Shown one piece after another: positions 23,202 to 52,481 of a DNA stretch of 64,000 nt; position 1 is the first letter of the stretch, and each line of letters opens with the position of its first letter. Origin of the DNA: Paragordius varius (lineage: Eukaryota > Animalia > Nematomorpha). Location: contig OZ176053.1 of assembly GCA_964247055.1 (NCBI GenBank), positions 2,046,001 through 2,110,000 on the forward strand, given 5' to 3'. A program made the translations under genes and the position numbers. The notes below the pieces were generated by a model, which worked only from the letters and a program-made list of their open reading frames with translations, did not search any database and was not told the origin of the DNA.

Positions 23202-25418
23202 TATTCAATTTCCCCATAAACTCAAATTTTTACCTATAAATAATTTCGATTTATACATTAAACAAATATGCAACATCAAAAAGGTCTTGTCAAACCGCCA
23301 AAGATTCTAACATACACCGAAACATCACTTGTTTAACTGGGCTTATTAAAAAAAATAAAAGGGGTCGACCCCAAAACGACTAGGTAGGTACAAAAAAACA
23401 ATTGTCGAGAATATCTATAAAGACCAGCTTCATGAAAAAGAGATTCAATATATCATACAAAATATTTATATTAAACATTAAATTAATGCTTCGTTTTTAG
23501 AATGTTTAAAACCATTTTTGCTTTAAAGTGTTTTGACTTTTTGTCCTAGTAGGTGACATATTGGATTAATATCCTAGAGCTCAATTTTGTGAATAAACAT
23601 ATTTTGAAAGTTATTTTAGTTGAAATTTTATTATTAAACATTGTTCTCATGTTTTAGATAACAAAGCTTATATGTTTACATTCCGACTTCTATAGTCTAA
23701 TATTGGGACAGCTTTAAAACATGATTGAACTAAGTTGCTTATTTTATATAAAGTTTTTGCTGATAAATGTAGCCTAGCTTTTTTAAGTTAATATTTACAT
23801 TTTCCCATAATATACATTTATTTGCCACATTAGCTATTTAAAAAAATTAAAGAAAAAATGACGGCGATAATGTTTGAGGGTTTTTTTCAATTTTTTGAAT
23901 TTTTTTCTGTATAATGCGCTTAAAAGGCTAAAGAAGCACTTAAATTCGGCTTAGTACCTTAAATACTTTTTAAAATAATATTCAAATTTCAAATCGCTCT
24001 GGGATATAAAACTACTCCGAAAGGTCATAGAGTCTTAATAGATAAATTCTGATCATTATGCATTTTCCTCATTATAAAATGAGGTCTGATACAAGCTGTA
24101 GAAGTTAAATATAACTCCCTCAACTACCTAATTTATAGGTTTTGACCTCATTTATATTACACACATTTGTCGCGATTTTTTTGAGGTCATCCAAGAATAG
24201 CTATCAAAAGACTCAACCAACACTTAAAATGATACATATAATTACTTTACAGATTAGAGTGACTTGTCAACACCATTTTAAAAATATATTTTAAGATAAA
24301 AAAATACAAAAATAATTTCAAACAAAAGACGACGGGTTACTGAATAAATACAGGTATTAATATTTTTCATGTAAAATATCAATAGGATTTTGACTATTAT
24401 ATTCAGCTTTATGTTTTTAGTAGTTGTTATGATATATTTTTGTTCTCAAAATTTTAAAACAAGATTTCACAAGCGTTGATAAAAGCTTTTTTCAAATTTT
24501 CCCATCTTGAAATGGTTTTTTGTTTCGGACCAAGATTTCCGCTACTTTAAATGACGCAATCGTAACATTTTTATAGTCCATGTTTTATTTAAACATGCTA
24601 TTACTTTAACCTTGCGTGCCTTAGATTTTAATGGGTAGATTTTGGCATAATTTTGATAAAGACTCAAAAATCTTTTTATTATTTGGCTTTTTAGGCAGAG
24701 AAAACAGTAATGTCGCATATTAGAATGTATGTCTCATTTATTATTGCAAAAAAAATGTTCTTCCCATTCAATGTAAAGCGATATATTTTAACTATTTTCT
24801 GGCATATTCTTAAGTATGATATTAAAAAACCTGCTTCTGTTTTTAAAAGGCATTACTCAAAGTTTAATGACTATATTTCAGAGAAATAACTGATTTTGCG
24901 TTTAAATGCTCCAAAACGTATGCATCCTAATTAAAAAAATAATTATTACTACGCCTTTAACCAACAATCCAAAAAAAATTAATTAACTGTTAAATATTTT
25001 TTTAAAAAAATTTCAGGTATTTTTTAAGTTGCCGCGGCGAAGTCGCCTGCGGTCACTTTAAACACCCCGGTATACCATTAGAAAATTATTTCATATTGGT
25101 AATTTTTTTAAACATCAAGTTATAAATAAAAAAAACAATTTTTAAGTTTTTTGTAAAAAGCGGTGACATGATATGGATAATAAGCCGTGTAATTTTACCA
25201 CAATCAGAGTATTAATAGAAGAAAGTAAATATATATAAATAATGATATGATCTTATAAAAATATTTACTTCAAAAACGACGGATATAGTTAATAATTCCC
25301 TAACGTTCAAAAGACGTATCTCATTTTTTAAAAATGTGTCGTAATTTTTAAAAATTTATTTTACATAAAGTCCCCACGCATACATAATTTAAAAAGAAAA
25401 ATAGAAATATAACATAAT

Positions 25419-28400
25419 TTATTCTATGCCATCATATTGTGAGTTCGCAAACAATTTGTGGTGGAGCTTTTTTAGCTTTTTAAATTTGTTTTCATCAAAC
25501 TCTTCCAAAATGTCTGGTGTTTTCTAATTAATATACAATAAAAATTTATATAAATCGATGCATATAATGTACATATTAAAGTTTAATACCTTTAATTTCT
25601 TTTCCAATTTTACTTTTTTGGTAGGATTAGATAAATTCTCTACCGTTTTTCTCTTTGTTGTACCTTTAGCAATTTTCTTGACTTTGGGTACCTTGACCGT
25701 TTTGATTTGTTTCGAATAATTAACTTTGGAAAAATCTTTTTGTCTTTCTTGAGTTTGCTATATTAACGGACAGTTTTAACATAACGTTTAGGAAAAAGTT
25801 TTTAAAAAATAAACATAACATTTAGGAAAACGTTAAAAAATAATAAATTTACTTTGGCATTATTAATACGTGATTCTCTGGCTTTTAAAGCTAATTTGTT
25901 GGATATGGCAAATTGCACTATAGGTCTTCGTTGGTTTATACAATAAAATGTAATTAAAATTATCATTGCTTTTAATTAGTCTAAAAATTTAAATTTATAT
26001 ATAATGATAAAAAAATGCATCAAAATCACATGTAACCCAAAAACAATGTAATTGAAACCCGAAAAAAATTTTTTTTAATTAAAAACAAATCAAACAAACC
26101 TAATATGATTTGATTTTTTCGATTTTTTATCAACTGACACAGGTTTACGCAGACAATCATAGGCTTTTGGATTATTATCTAAATTTCTTAGGGCTTGCAG
26201 GGCATGTTTATGTTCCGTGAATTCAACAAAACCATAACACAGGGAAGAAAAATTCTTTTTATTCGGCCTTTTATGAGTGTTTGCATCTTTATCATTTTTA
26301 TTGGCTGGTGTTTTATTTCCTTCAGAATCTGTAATGATTGAACGGTCAAACATGACACGTGCCTATGTTAATATAAATAAATTTTCCCAATGATATTGAT
26401 AATTAAAAAATTAATATCTACCCTAGAAACTATGGTCTTTAATCAAATCTTGATATCGAAAGTTATTTTGAAAAATCTCATCTACAATAAGTATAATCAA
26501 AAACATCCTTAATGGTTTAAATCAAAAAATATAAAAGATATATATAATTATAGGTAAATTGTGGATATTTAGCCAGATTATATAAAATATAATTTTGTAT
26601 TATGGTTATTATTGTAATGATTCAATATAGTAAAATTAATAATAATTTTCAAAATTTGATCCCGTATTTAACATAGAATTTATTACTTCAACAATTTTGG
26701 CATTGGAGGATGGACCACCGACGGCATGTAAAAACGCCTTTTTGAGATCTTTGTTATCGACCCATTTAGGTAAATTGTGTATGGTTAACCGAACAGGGTT
26801 AACAAAAAATTGTAAGAGTTTCAATTTAATCTATATAAATATATAACATATTTTTTCTATAAAAAAGGCAATTATAACTTGAATAAAGGGTAATTAATTA
26901 CCTTATTTATATGTAAAATTAAAAAAAGAGATTAAAACATAAAAAATTAATAAATTTAAAAACATTTAAAATTTTACCTTACTCGATGCCATTAATTTTG
27001 AACGTTTATCCAAATCGGCTTGTGATAAGGCACCATATCGTTTTGAGCATTTTTTTACGGCTAAAAAGTATAAAAATACTAAATTAAAAAAAATTTGGAT
27101 TTTTTTTAAGTTTAATTTCGAAATCAAGAAATAAAACAAAGATTATTTGGGTGGATATTATCAAAAAATCAAATCAGATATACAGCTTTCTTCCAACAAA
27201 TGCAAATTTCGTTTATCCAGAGGTTTGCCTTCGCCATCATTCATTGTATCGGTAGCGTATCTATTTTACAATAATTTTATAACAATTATTTATTGATATT
27301 AACACTAACATATTGATATTAATTTAAAATAATTAGAGTAATTAAAAAATGTTAAAGCCGTAAAAGAAAAAACGATCAAACAACGTTGTACTTTAAAAAA
27401 TGTATATATTATGCATTAGCTAAACTCCTCTTAAAATGGCCTAAAGATCATAAAACTTATTAACTCATGCTAATATCCATGCAGCTTTTAAAATTCAAAT
27501 ATATTTTTCTACAAACTTTTTTTGTAGGTAATTAGCCTTAATATTATATATTGAAAAAAAGACAACAAACTATTATCTATATTTGAGTAATTTTATTTCA
27601 CAAAAAGAGACTTTATGCGGCGTATCTTTTCCATTAGAGTCAGTGTACTGGGAATTTACTTTAGTTTGAATATTGTATTATTAATTACGCATTATAAATT
27701 AGAATATATAATTTTATTATTTATCATTAATATAGGTTAATTAACAATTAAATCAAATACTTGCGTTTATGGAGTTCCCTTTCTTTCAATAGCTTGGGTA
27801 TTTCATCTCGACTAAGGGCCCATGTAATACTTAATTGTTGCCCATTTATTACAAATGAATTATCTAAAAATATAAAATCAATTTATTTTAACATATATAT
27901 ACTTATGGTATCAGAATGGATTTATAAAGCTTTAAATTATAATGTAGTAAATTCCACAAACTTTTTATTGGTTTTTAAGTCAGAAAAAAGCTTTATTTTT
28001 TAGGAAAAATTTAAATAGCAATGAAATCATTGGAAACATTGCTAAAAAATTAAACAAACTTAATATTTAAAACAAACGGGTTTCATGAACAAATAGCATA
28101 CCCATAACATAACTGGAAACATTTTAAATAATATGTATATTTTCATTTATTTTTTACCCTGTTTTCCCAACATTATTTTGCCAGTCTTTTTTTCGGTTTC
28201 AGTTAAACTAATTGTACGTTTACTGCCGTCCTCCTCTATAATGGAAAAGGGAATTTCCTCTCCAACTAATTTTAGGGAATCAAACAAGGAAGATTGAAGT
28301 GATTTGGATTTTTGTGCATGATTTGTATTTTCAAGTGGCATATTTCTAAAAATGGCATTTTTTAGATAAAAATAAGGGGTAAAAAATATTATATTTTGAT

Positions 28401-28672
28401 TTTTAGAACATAAAAGATATAAAAGCTTAAAAATACTTTTTATGATTAGACTTTATAGATTTTTGGGATTGAGAAGCTTGTAAGGCAGAGGTGTAAGCAT
28501 CAAAACAGTTTTGGCAATCTTGACACTCTCGAAATTTGACAAATCCGGTTCCTGAAAAATGAGTGAATAGAGATTTACATAATTACATAAAAAAAACATT
28601 GTTAATTAAATGCTAAAAAATTAATATACATATATATATATATATAAGTCTTTTTGTTTTGACTACTCAACT

Positions 28673-28707
<35 letters not shown>

Positions 28708-31492
28708 TTGCAAATATGGAGATTATGCAAGTGTAAATTATCTCTTAATATATATAATTCAAGTGTAATCCAATATTACTATTTTTTGAAGAAAAGGTTC
28801 TAACCGTTGTAAGCGTTAATATTTTATTATCATGTAATTCGTAAATATTTAAATTTTACGTGCGGTTGCGGTAGGGGACTCTTTAGATTATTTTTTCAAT
28901 AAACCGGACAGCCAAACAAAATATTAACTTTTTCTCGGTTTTCATCCTAGTTTTTAAGTTAAGATTGTTTAAAAGTGTTTTTTTCACAAACTCTCAACTA
29001 TGCTTAAAAAAGGGATCATATAACGGATCTAAGCCGCCATATGTTTCCCACAATCGGTTATAGGAGGAACTTTGGGTTATATTTAAGGAATTACTTAATC
29101 AAAAATGTTTTTTGTATGTGTTGAGCGAAGTGATGTTCTCTTGATAAATAGTATAGTTTGAAAAATAATGGGATATTATGTATGCAAACGTGATTAGTAT
29201 GCAAATTAAAAATCAAGGATACTAAATTCTTATTTAATCAAACTTTTAAAAAACACGATTAGATTCATATCATTATATTTTTGGCCATATGCAGCCATTT
29301 TTTAACAATATGGCAAAAATAATTATTATAATAAAATAAACTATAAGAGATTATTGCTTTTCTTAACGACAAATTTGAAATATATATATCGGCTTTTGCT
29401 AAAAATAAATTACAGACCCTTATGTAGAGTGGTGTTTATTCGGACAAATAGCAAATATTCAAGTGGTCCAAAAGCTTCAAACATTGGTTTTATATCATCC
29501 TCTTTCACTGTTAATGGAATATTTCTAATGCATAAATGTTTGTAAAAAGGGATATAAAACTTTATTAAAAAATTTTGATATCATTAATTTATACCTCAAT
29601 CAATTCAAAAAAAACGAAAGCTTGACGTATTTAAAAATTTGCAGGCTTATGGCCTTTTACAATAAAAATTATGATAATAATCTAATCTACTCCGTTATTT
29701 TGGGTCTTTTTTTTATATTTTTTAAAATCCATGATATCAAAGTTTGAAACCTTAAGGAAAACTGAAATTCAAAAGATAATATATAATATAATATATCTAA
29801 GATAAAATAACGTTTATAATTTATCAAAAGTACAAAATAAATATCAGAAATTTGATATACTTGATAAACAAAGTTTTCTTTTCCGTAACATCATCCACAT
29901 GATTTAAAGAAACTCTTTCTGTTTTTGCTTTTTTTGATTTTTCCAATTTTTCTCCTTCAGAGTTTTTATTGTCAGTGTTCTCAGCTTTTTTCGGTTCCTG
30001 TGTTTTGTCCGTTAATTTGGCGCTTATTGGTTTAATGTGCTTTTCTTTTTTATTGCTATGGGTAGACTCACTAAAATATTATTGAAATTAGAGTAAAAAT
30101 AAAATTATTAAAACAAAACATAAAATAAAGTAAATTTAATAATTTTTTTCATTTAATCCATCTCTGATTGGTAAAATTTAAACGTTAAAAAATGGTTTAA
30201 AAAAATATAAGTCCGTAATTTTAACGTTTTTTTATTTCTAATTAGTAATATAATTTACCTATTTTTAGAGATGGAATCCAATAATTTATCAATATTTTGC
30301 CCCTTAAGATTTGTGTTTTCATATTTACATTTGGGTTGGGACCAATCTACGGCCAATGTTCTCCCTAAATATAATAATTAGTTTTACAATTTATTTTATG
30401 ATAAAATATTCCATATTATATCAATTTATATAAAATTTCCATGAATTGTCTGTGTAATCATTTCTGGTTATAACCGAGACGCTTAGTCGTAAACATTTAA
30501 AGCATTTTTATGTATATATAAATCTCACCAAAAAAAATATCCTAAAATATTTAAAAAATGCAAATTACTTCTTGATTAAACTGTTATTTCAAAAATATAA
30601 CTAATATTACATTAACACAAAAATTTTTTTCTTAAATATCTTTAAAATATAAAAAGGCACAAATTTTACCATTTAATTTATGGCCATTAAACTTTTCTAT
30701 AGCGGATTTCGCATCATTTTCATGCGTGTATTGAACGAAAGCAAACCCCTTACATGTTTTACTTTGATCATGAGGCACTTGTAAATCAACCACTAAGCCG
30801 CATTGCTTAAACAAGCCTAAAATATCTTCTTTACTACTCTACATTTATATATACATTGCATTAATATTATATTTAAATATATAAAGTAAATAGTGCACTA
30901 GATATAAACGTAAAAACTAGACAAAACTAATAAAAAACCACACTTTATTTAAACCTGGATTCAATCTACATATCACAATAATAATAATTGTTGGAGCAGT
31001 TTACATCTATATTCCTTAGTTTGCAACTCAAAAAGATAAGTTACATTTAGTAATCATGGTTGGCTTTTTAAAAAAATAGTTATCAATATTACAATTTTGA
31101 CTGTATATTACATTAAATGGCAAATTTCGAATGATTAAACGATATTTTCGAGTTTTTATAACGTCATTAAGGGCGTTATTGCCTTTGCGGATCCCAAACT
31201 CGGGCGAAACATCAAACGATCGTATCTTATTTTGTGATAAAGCTTCCTGTGCATTTTCACTAAAATAAAGTTTGCGCTTAAAATTTATACCTATTGAGAA
31301 ATGTAACATATCCCGTATTATGATTCTTCCCATCTAAATTGTTAATATAATAATCTTACTTAATATATAACTTCTTTTCAAAGGTCCATATACACTAAAA
31401 GTTGCTTCGATATCGCCTTCATTTATATTAGGATTTAAATTCCTTAAAATTATAGTTTTGGGCTGTGTAGGAGCTAAATACAATGGGCTCAT
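25419..31492 (-). CDS. RBM28: RNA-binding protein 28 / Nop4 (4 RRM nucleolar protein), 17 exons, 739 aa
   Basis: Exons 31492-31360, 31333-31291, 31259-31112, 30838-30670, 30364-30259, 30070-29861, 29524-29418, 28551-28452, 28345-28158, 27863-27761, 27260-27184, 27060-26978, 26830-26687, 26362-26100, 25925-25853, 25757-25590, 25523-25419; total 2220 nt in frame. Motifs RLIIRNLPF, KGFAFVQY, GRTLAVDW, RLTIHNLPK, YGFVEFTEHKHALQALR.LDNNP and RPIVQFAI match RBM28. Confidence 0.92.
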
Positions 31493-31537
31493 GCTTTTAT
31501 CAACTCAAAACGGTATATCATATGATAATATTAAAAA

Positions 31538-31547
31538 GCGCCATCTT
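31538..31547 (-). promoter_or_regulatory. YY1/Pho-like motif AAGATGGCGC about 45 nt upstream of the RBM28 ATG
   Basis: Sequence match to the YY1 core (AAGATGGCG), commonly found near housekeeping TSSs; single occurrence, function unproven. Confidence 0.3.
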
Positions 31548-31647
31548 TAATTGTAATTTTGGTAATATAATTATTTTATCTAATCATTTGCCGACATTTC
31601 CCTTTTTTATTAATTTGTTATGAGATTTTTTTCTTTGTATGTTTGGT

Positions 31648-32875
31648 TTACTGTTTTTCTGTAGCAGTGTTAATCATGTTTGATAGATTGGAAAATGTCA
31701 GATTTAATGCATAATTTATAAGGCCAACATTTGATGGTATGCCTGAGATAATATTCTCAAACTCATCCAAATAATCCTTGATAAATGAGGAATATCTATC
31801 TTTTTGAAATTGCGATTGATTAATCTTGTTCATAATAATTTCATTGAATAAACTTTCAATAATTTGTTGCATGGATTGTGTAACAAAAAATAAGGGATAA
31901 GCGTTTTGCATAGGCTCAAGTATAAATTGTTTTTCAATATGGTACTCTTTACAACGCTTAATATTATATGTTTGATAATTTTCACAGGTAATTTTATATG
32001 AATCAATTATTTTTTGGAGCGTTTCAATCAATTTTACCAAAGTTGATATGGAAACGTTCCAATTATATTGGCTACTCTCATCCTCTTGGGTGTATCGCGA
32101 CAAATATGTCAAATAGTTACAACACCATTTTTGTTTATGAATCTATTATTTTATAAGATCTGTCGTAATACTGTTGTGTAGTTTTGACATGCTTTAATGA
32201 CAAAGTCAATTATTTTTGATTTAAGTGACCGAACCTCTTGCCTTAAAAGAGCTTGTGGACTAATTATAATATTTTTTGAAATTTGTCCATTGTCTCTTGT
32301 AACATGATCTATAATTTTAATTATGCGTTTAAGCCATCTGTCGGTTAATACAAATTTTTCGTCCTAAATATACATGATGTTATGGAAAAAAATACAAACA
32401 TCGGTTGTAAAATAAAAATGTATATTTTCCCATGCGAAATTAATGTTTTCCAAGAAAATATTTAACTTTGCATCACTGTTCACATTGTCATAATTTTCTA
32501 ATATGTATGCTAATTTTAAGATCTCTTGATAAAACATATCTTGTTTGTTAACTCTTATGGAAGATAACGAGATTGTTTGATGCGTATCCTCAAACATATC
32601 CAAAACTAGTAGGTTTTATAAAATAAATTACTTTGCATATTTGATCTCTCATTATTTTGCGAATTACAATTTAATCTTGTCATGGCGTCTATGGCGGAAT
32701 CCAAATTTATTTGAAATATTTTAGGGAAATTAGGGGATTTTTGTGCATCGTATTTATTTTTCAGTTCACCCAAGAATTCAGAAACTGTTTGATGACATGG
32801 TTTTATCCTTATAATAGCTAAGGCAAATGCAATTTTATAACGCAAGACATAGGACTCAATAATTGTGTTATCCAT
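31648..32875 (-). CDS. MEI4: Meiotic double-strand-break formation protein MEI4/Rec24-like, 4 exons, 378 aa
   Basis: Three ORF-track fragments join through 26, 36 and 29 nt introns (exons 32875-32632, 32605-32400, 32363-32172, 32142-31648; 1137 nt). The N-terminus YVLRYKIAFALAIIRIKP matches the MEI4 signature (human WYLRTSKLALALAIIRSKP), and the length is close to vertebrate MEI4 (~385 aa). Confidence 0.75.
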
Positions 32876-33800
32876 ATCACAAATTATTATTGTGACAAAG
32901 CAGACGATAAATATTTTTGCCGTTAAAATATTTTTTATAATAACAGAATTTTAAAAATTAAATACTTTAAAAACCTATTATTCTAATTATATTTCTCAGA
33001 TATGTTAATGAAATCCCAACTGGTTAATTCAAGATGTTACAGATATTCCTGAGGGATTTTGCTTAGAATATATGTCTAAAAAATGTAAGATTCAAAATTT
33101 TAATGCCATAAATTTTAATAGAGTACTTTGTATTTTAGCTATAACTAAAAAATCATGACTGTATCCTAAATTTTTTAATAATTTTTCTTATATAATAAAA
33201 AAAATATTTTTATCTGTAATTTTAACTCTTTTTGTCTTATTATATAAGTTATAAGAGGTCCCTAGTTTTTTCATCTTATATCTGTTAGTAATTAATCCCT
33301 GGTAACATATTTTGTAAAATGTAATGCTTTCTATAATATTAAAAATTTTAAAACAATTTTCCCTTATCTCCCAATCCAATCCTTTGTTCAAAATTGTTTT
33401 TCTCTACGCTATACATGTATATCACAGTTTTAAGAGTTAATTTAATTTATATTAATTTAATTTTTATTAAGTCTTTTATTCTTTTACACCTTACATTGTA
33501 TCTTTTTTCCGACCATGAATCCAATAAATAAATTTTAACCATATTATATTAAATATTAATTTTACCATGTAGATTATTTAAAAATTGTAAAATCAGACAT
33601 AACATATTAAACATATAACCATTTGCAACATTGTATATTGATTTCTATGATTTATTTTAAACATACTAATAAAAATTTGTGAAAATATTTATTTTTCGAA
33701 ACCTCGCAAACGATCAATTATTAATCCGCACATATTTAAATTTTATTGGTTTTTCTATAAAACCAAAAATATATATTGTGATAAATAATAAAATTACCCG

Positions 33801-49316
<15,516 letters not shown>

Positions 49317-49885
49317 TTGTCAAAAAATCTCATATGAAATGACTCAATTGCTTTTATCGCATAATTAATTGTATATTGCATGGCAAACATTTATATTTTA
49401 TATTATATCAAAATAAATTTTTTATCTAAATTATTTAGTTAATGAAGCTCTCAACTAAGGTAGATGATATTATGACTATAATATAACAAAACAGGGTCTC
49501 GAAAGCGCCCCCTTTAACACATTAGGTGCGGCCTGCGACAAATTTGGTATAGATTTCTGATTAAAAGGATTCGCCTTATTTCCTTTTCATTTTTGTAAAG
49601 ACGATTACATTTTGTAATTTATATTTCAGAGTATTTTTAGTAAACTGCTGTTTTCATAGTTGTTCTGGCTCAAAATTATTTACCAAAATTTTTCTGTGTT
49701 TTAGAAATAAAACTTATAGTTTTAGTTTTTCAACTTCGAGACCGATTTCAGATAGCTTCAAAACCTGATGATGAGTGAAACAAATAGCCATGTAAGTCTT
49801 TTTGTGATATGCATAAAATTTTCTCAAGTTTATTATCATTTTAACCATAATATACATTTATTTGCCTGTTATATAAACTATTTAA

Positions 49886-51023
49886 CACTTCGATTCAAAT
49901 TGGGGTATCTAAATACCTCAGATTAAATTTGAATTTATATTTTTAAAAAATTACTGAAGGAAACGGTCCCAATTTAAATTTATGCTTCTATCCTGATAAA
50001 AACTATATAAATAAGCCAAAATATCTTGATAAAATTTTGTTTTGAAAAAAAAGTTCCATCTCAAACTACTTCGACGCCATTTTTATTTCGCAAAATTTTT
50101 GAAAAATATCGTCTTCATTTAACACTTGGATACAACACACTCATTTTAGTCCTTCGATTCAAATTGGCCTGTTTAAAATCAAATGCTTTAAAAAGTATGG
50201 AAGCAATCAAAACCATGGCAAAATTTTGCACTATAACATTAATAAACTGAAATATATAAAAATTTTTATTCAAAAATACTTGATATTACTTATTTTGAGC
50301 TAAAACTGAAAGGTAAAATTTAGTCAACGTGACATGTGTCAAATTGTAAAATTAAAAAATAATACAAAATAAACCGCTTTTTCTATTTTTATTAATGTTA
50401 GATGTAATTATTATAAAAAATAAGCTTTAGTTTTACCCTTAAAATTAAATGAAGACGATATTTTGCAAAATTTTTGTAAAATAAAAATGTCGTCGAAGTA
50501 GTTTGAGATCGATTATTTTTTTTTTTAAAAAAAAAATTAATCAAGATATTTTGGCATATTTATATAATATTTATCAGGATAGAAGCATAAATTTAAATTG
50601 GGACCGTTTCCTTCAGTAGTTTTTTAAAAAATTTAATTTAAATTTAGTCTGGGGTGTTTAGATACCCCAATTCGAATCTAAGTGTTAATTTTAAGGGTAA
50701 AACTAAAGCTAACTATTTATATAAATTACATCTAACATTGATAGAAATAGAAAAAGCGGTGTTTTTTATATTATTTCTTAATTTTAAAATTTGACACATG
50801 GTACGTTGACCAGATTTTTATCTTTCGGTTTTAGCTTAAAATAAGTAATATCAAGTAATTTTTTATATATTTAGGTTTATTAATGTTTTATAAGTGCAAA
50901 ATTTTGCCATGGTTTCGATTCCTTCCATACTTTTTAAAGTATATGATTTTAAACAGGCCTGGGGTATACAACTACATCCCATTTTGAATTCAAGGACTAA
51001 AATGAGTGTGTTATATCCAAGTG
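49886..51023 (-). mobile_element. Family B outer copy with a family B copy (50123-50684, opposite orientation) nested inside
   Basis: TTAA on both sides of both copies; the empty site CTTCATTTAATTTTAAGGG is seen in the copy at 51670. Confidence 0.9.
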
Positions 51024-51669
51024 TTAAATAAAATTTATGGAGGCGAAGAATGCCCCTAATAAGCTAAAGAAATCATTTGCCCAATAAAATGAATACAATT
51101 TAAAATATTTAAATTTTCATCGTTCTGGGACAAACTATCCCAAAAGGTAATGAAGTGATAAACTAATAGAGACAAACAAATGTTTTAATGTATTCTAATT
51201 TTGCATCAAGGTATATAATTTTTAATTATGGTAAATGGTTGTTGGGGCATTCTTCAAAATGTTTGACGCATGATAAAAACTTTACTAAAATATTTTAAAA
51301 AATTTAAAACCATTTATTTATATCGATGATGCTAAACATTTCTATCATCTCAGAATTTAATTAAAAGAGTTGATGGTTTATAATATAAACTACCTTTCCA
51401 CTAAAATTCCGGTTAAATTCAAAGGACAAATATTTAGAGAAAATTGTGGGTTCATAAACATTTAACGCCATTTAATTGCATAATAAGTATTTATAAATTC
51501 TTGAAGTACTTTTACTATATGTTAAAATACAAACCTTTAACGATTTCCAAACGTATTTTTTTTAACTCATCAATATATTTTTTTCGCATTAATGCATATA
51601 ATATACTTTATCGCAGAGTGTCGGCATATTTGGCTAATATTTAAAACTAGTTTATCATTAGATAATTAA

Positions 51670-52238
51670 CACTTCGATTTAAATTGGGGTGTTTAAATAC
51701 TCAGACTAAATTTAAATTAAAATTTTTAAAAAACTACTGAAGGAAACGGTCCCAATTTAAATTTATGCTTCTATCCTGATAAATATTATATAAATAAGCC
51801 AAAATATCTTGATAAAATTTTATTTGAAAAAAAAGTTCCATCTCAATCTACTTCGACGCCATTTTTATTTTACAAAAATTTTGCAAAATATCGTCTTCAT
51901 TTAATTTTAAGGGTAAAACTAAAGCTAACTATTTATATAAATTACATTTAACATTGATAGAAATAGAAAAAGCGGTTTATTTTGTATTTTTTTTTAAATT
52001 TACAATTTGACACATGTCACGTTAAATTTTTACCTTTCAGTTTTAGCTCAAACTAATATCAAGTATTTTTGAATAAATTTTTTTATATATTCTGGTTTAT
52101 TAATGTTTTATAAGTGCAAAATTTTGCCATGGTTTCGATTCCTTCCATACCTTGAGTATATGATTTTAAACAGGCCTGGGGTATACAACTACCCCAAGTT
52201 GAATCGAAGGACTAAAATGATTGTGTTGTATCCAAGTG
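51670..52238 (-). mobile_element. Family B, complete copy
   Basis: TTAA|CACTTCGATT...ATCCAAGTG|TTAA. Confidence 0.9.
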
Positions 52239-52481
52239 TTAAGAGACTTTCGAACCTCATGCCCAATAAAAATATTGAAAAGTATTGAAATCTTAAATAG
52301 ATTTTATGATGCATTTTGTAATATTTTTTATAAATTAAACGCCTCAATAAAAGGACATCCTAATTATTGATAATTTAGACAGCTTTTTGATGAATTATAA
52401 AAACGTATTGAAAGGGTTTTTCAACTACATGCTTATATCGTCAGCGTTACACTTTTATGCACGCCCTTCAAAATTTTTACC

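Noticed and set aside
2-32875. TOP3A and MEI4 as a meiotic recombination gene cluster
   Set aside because: They are 26 kb apart, on opposite strands and separated by unrelated genes; two genes are not evidence of functional clustering.
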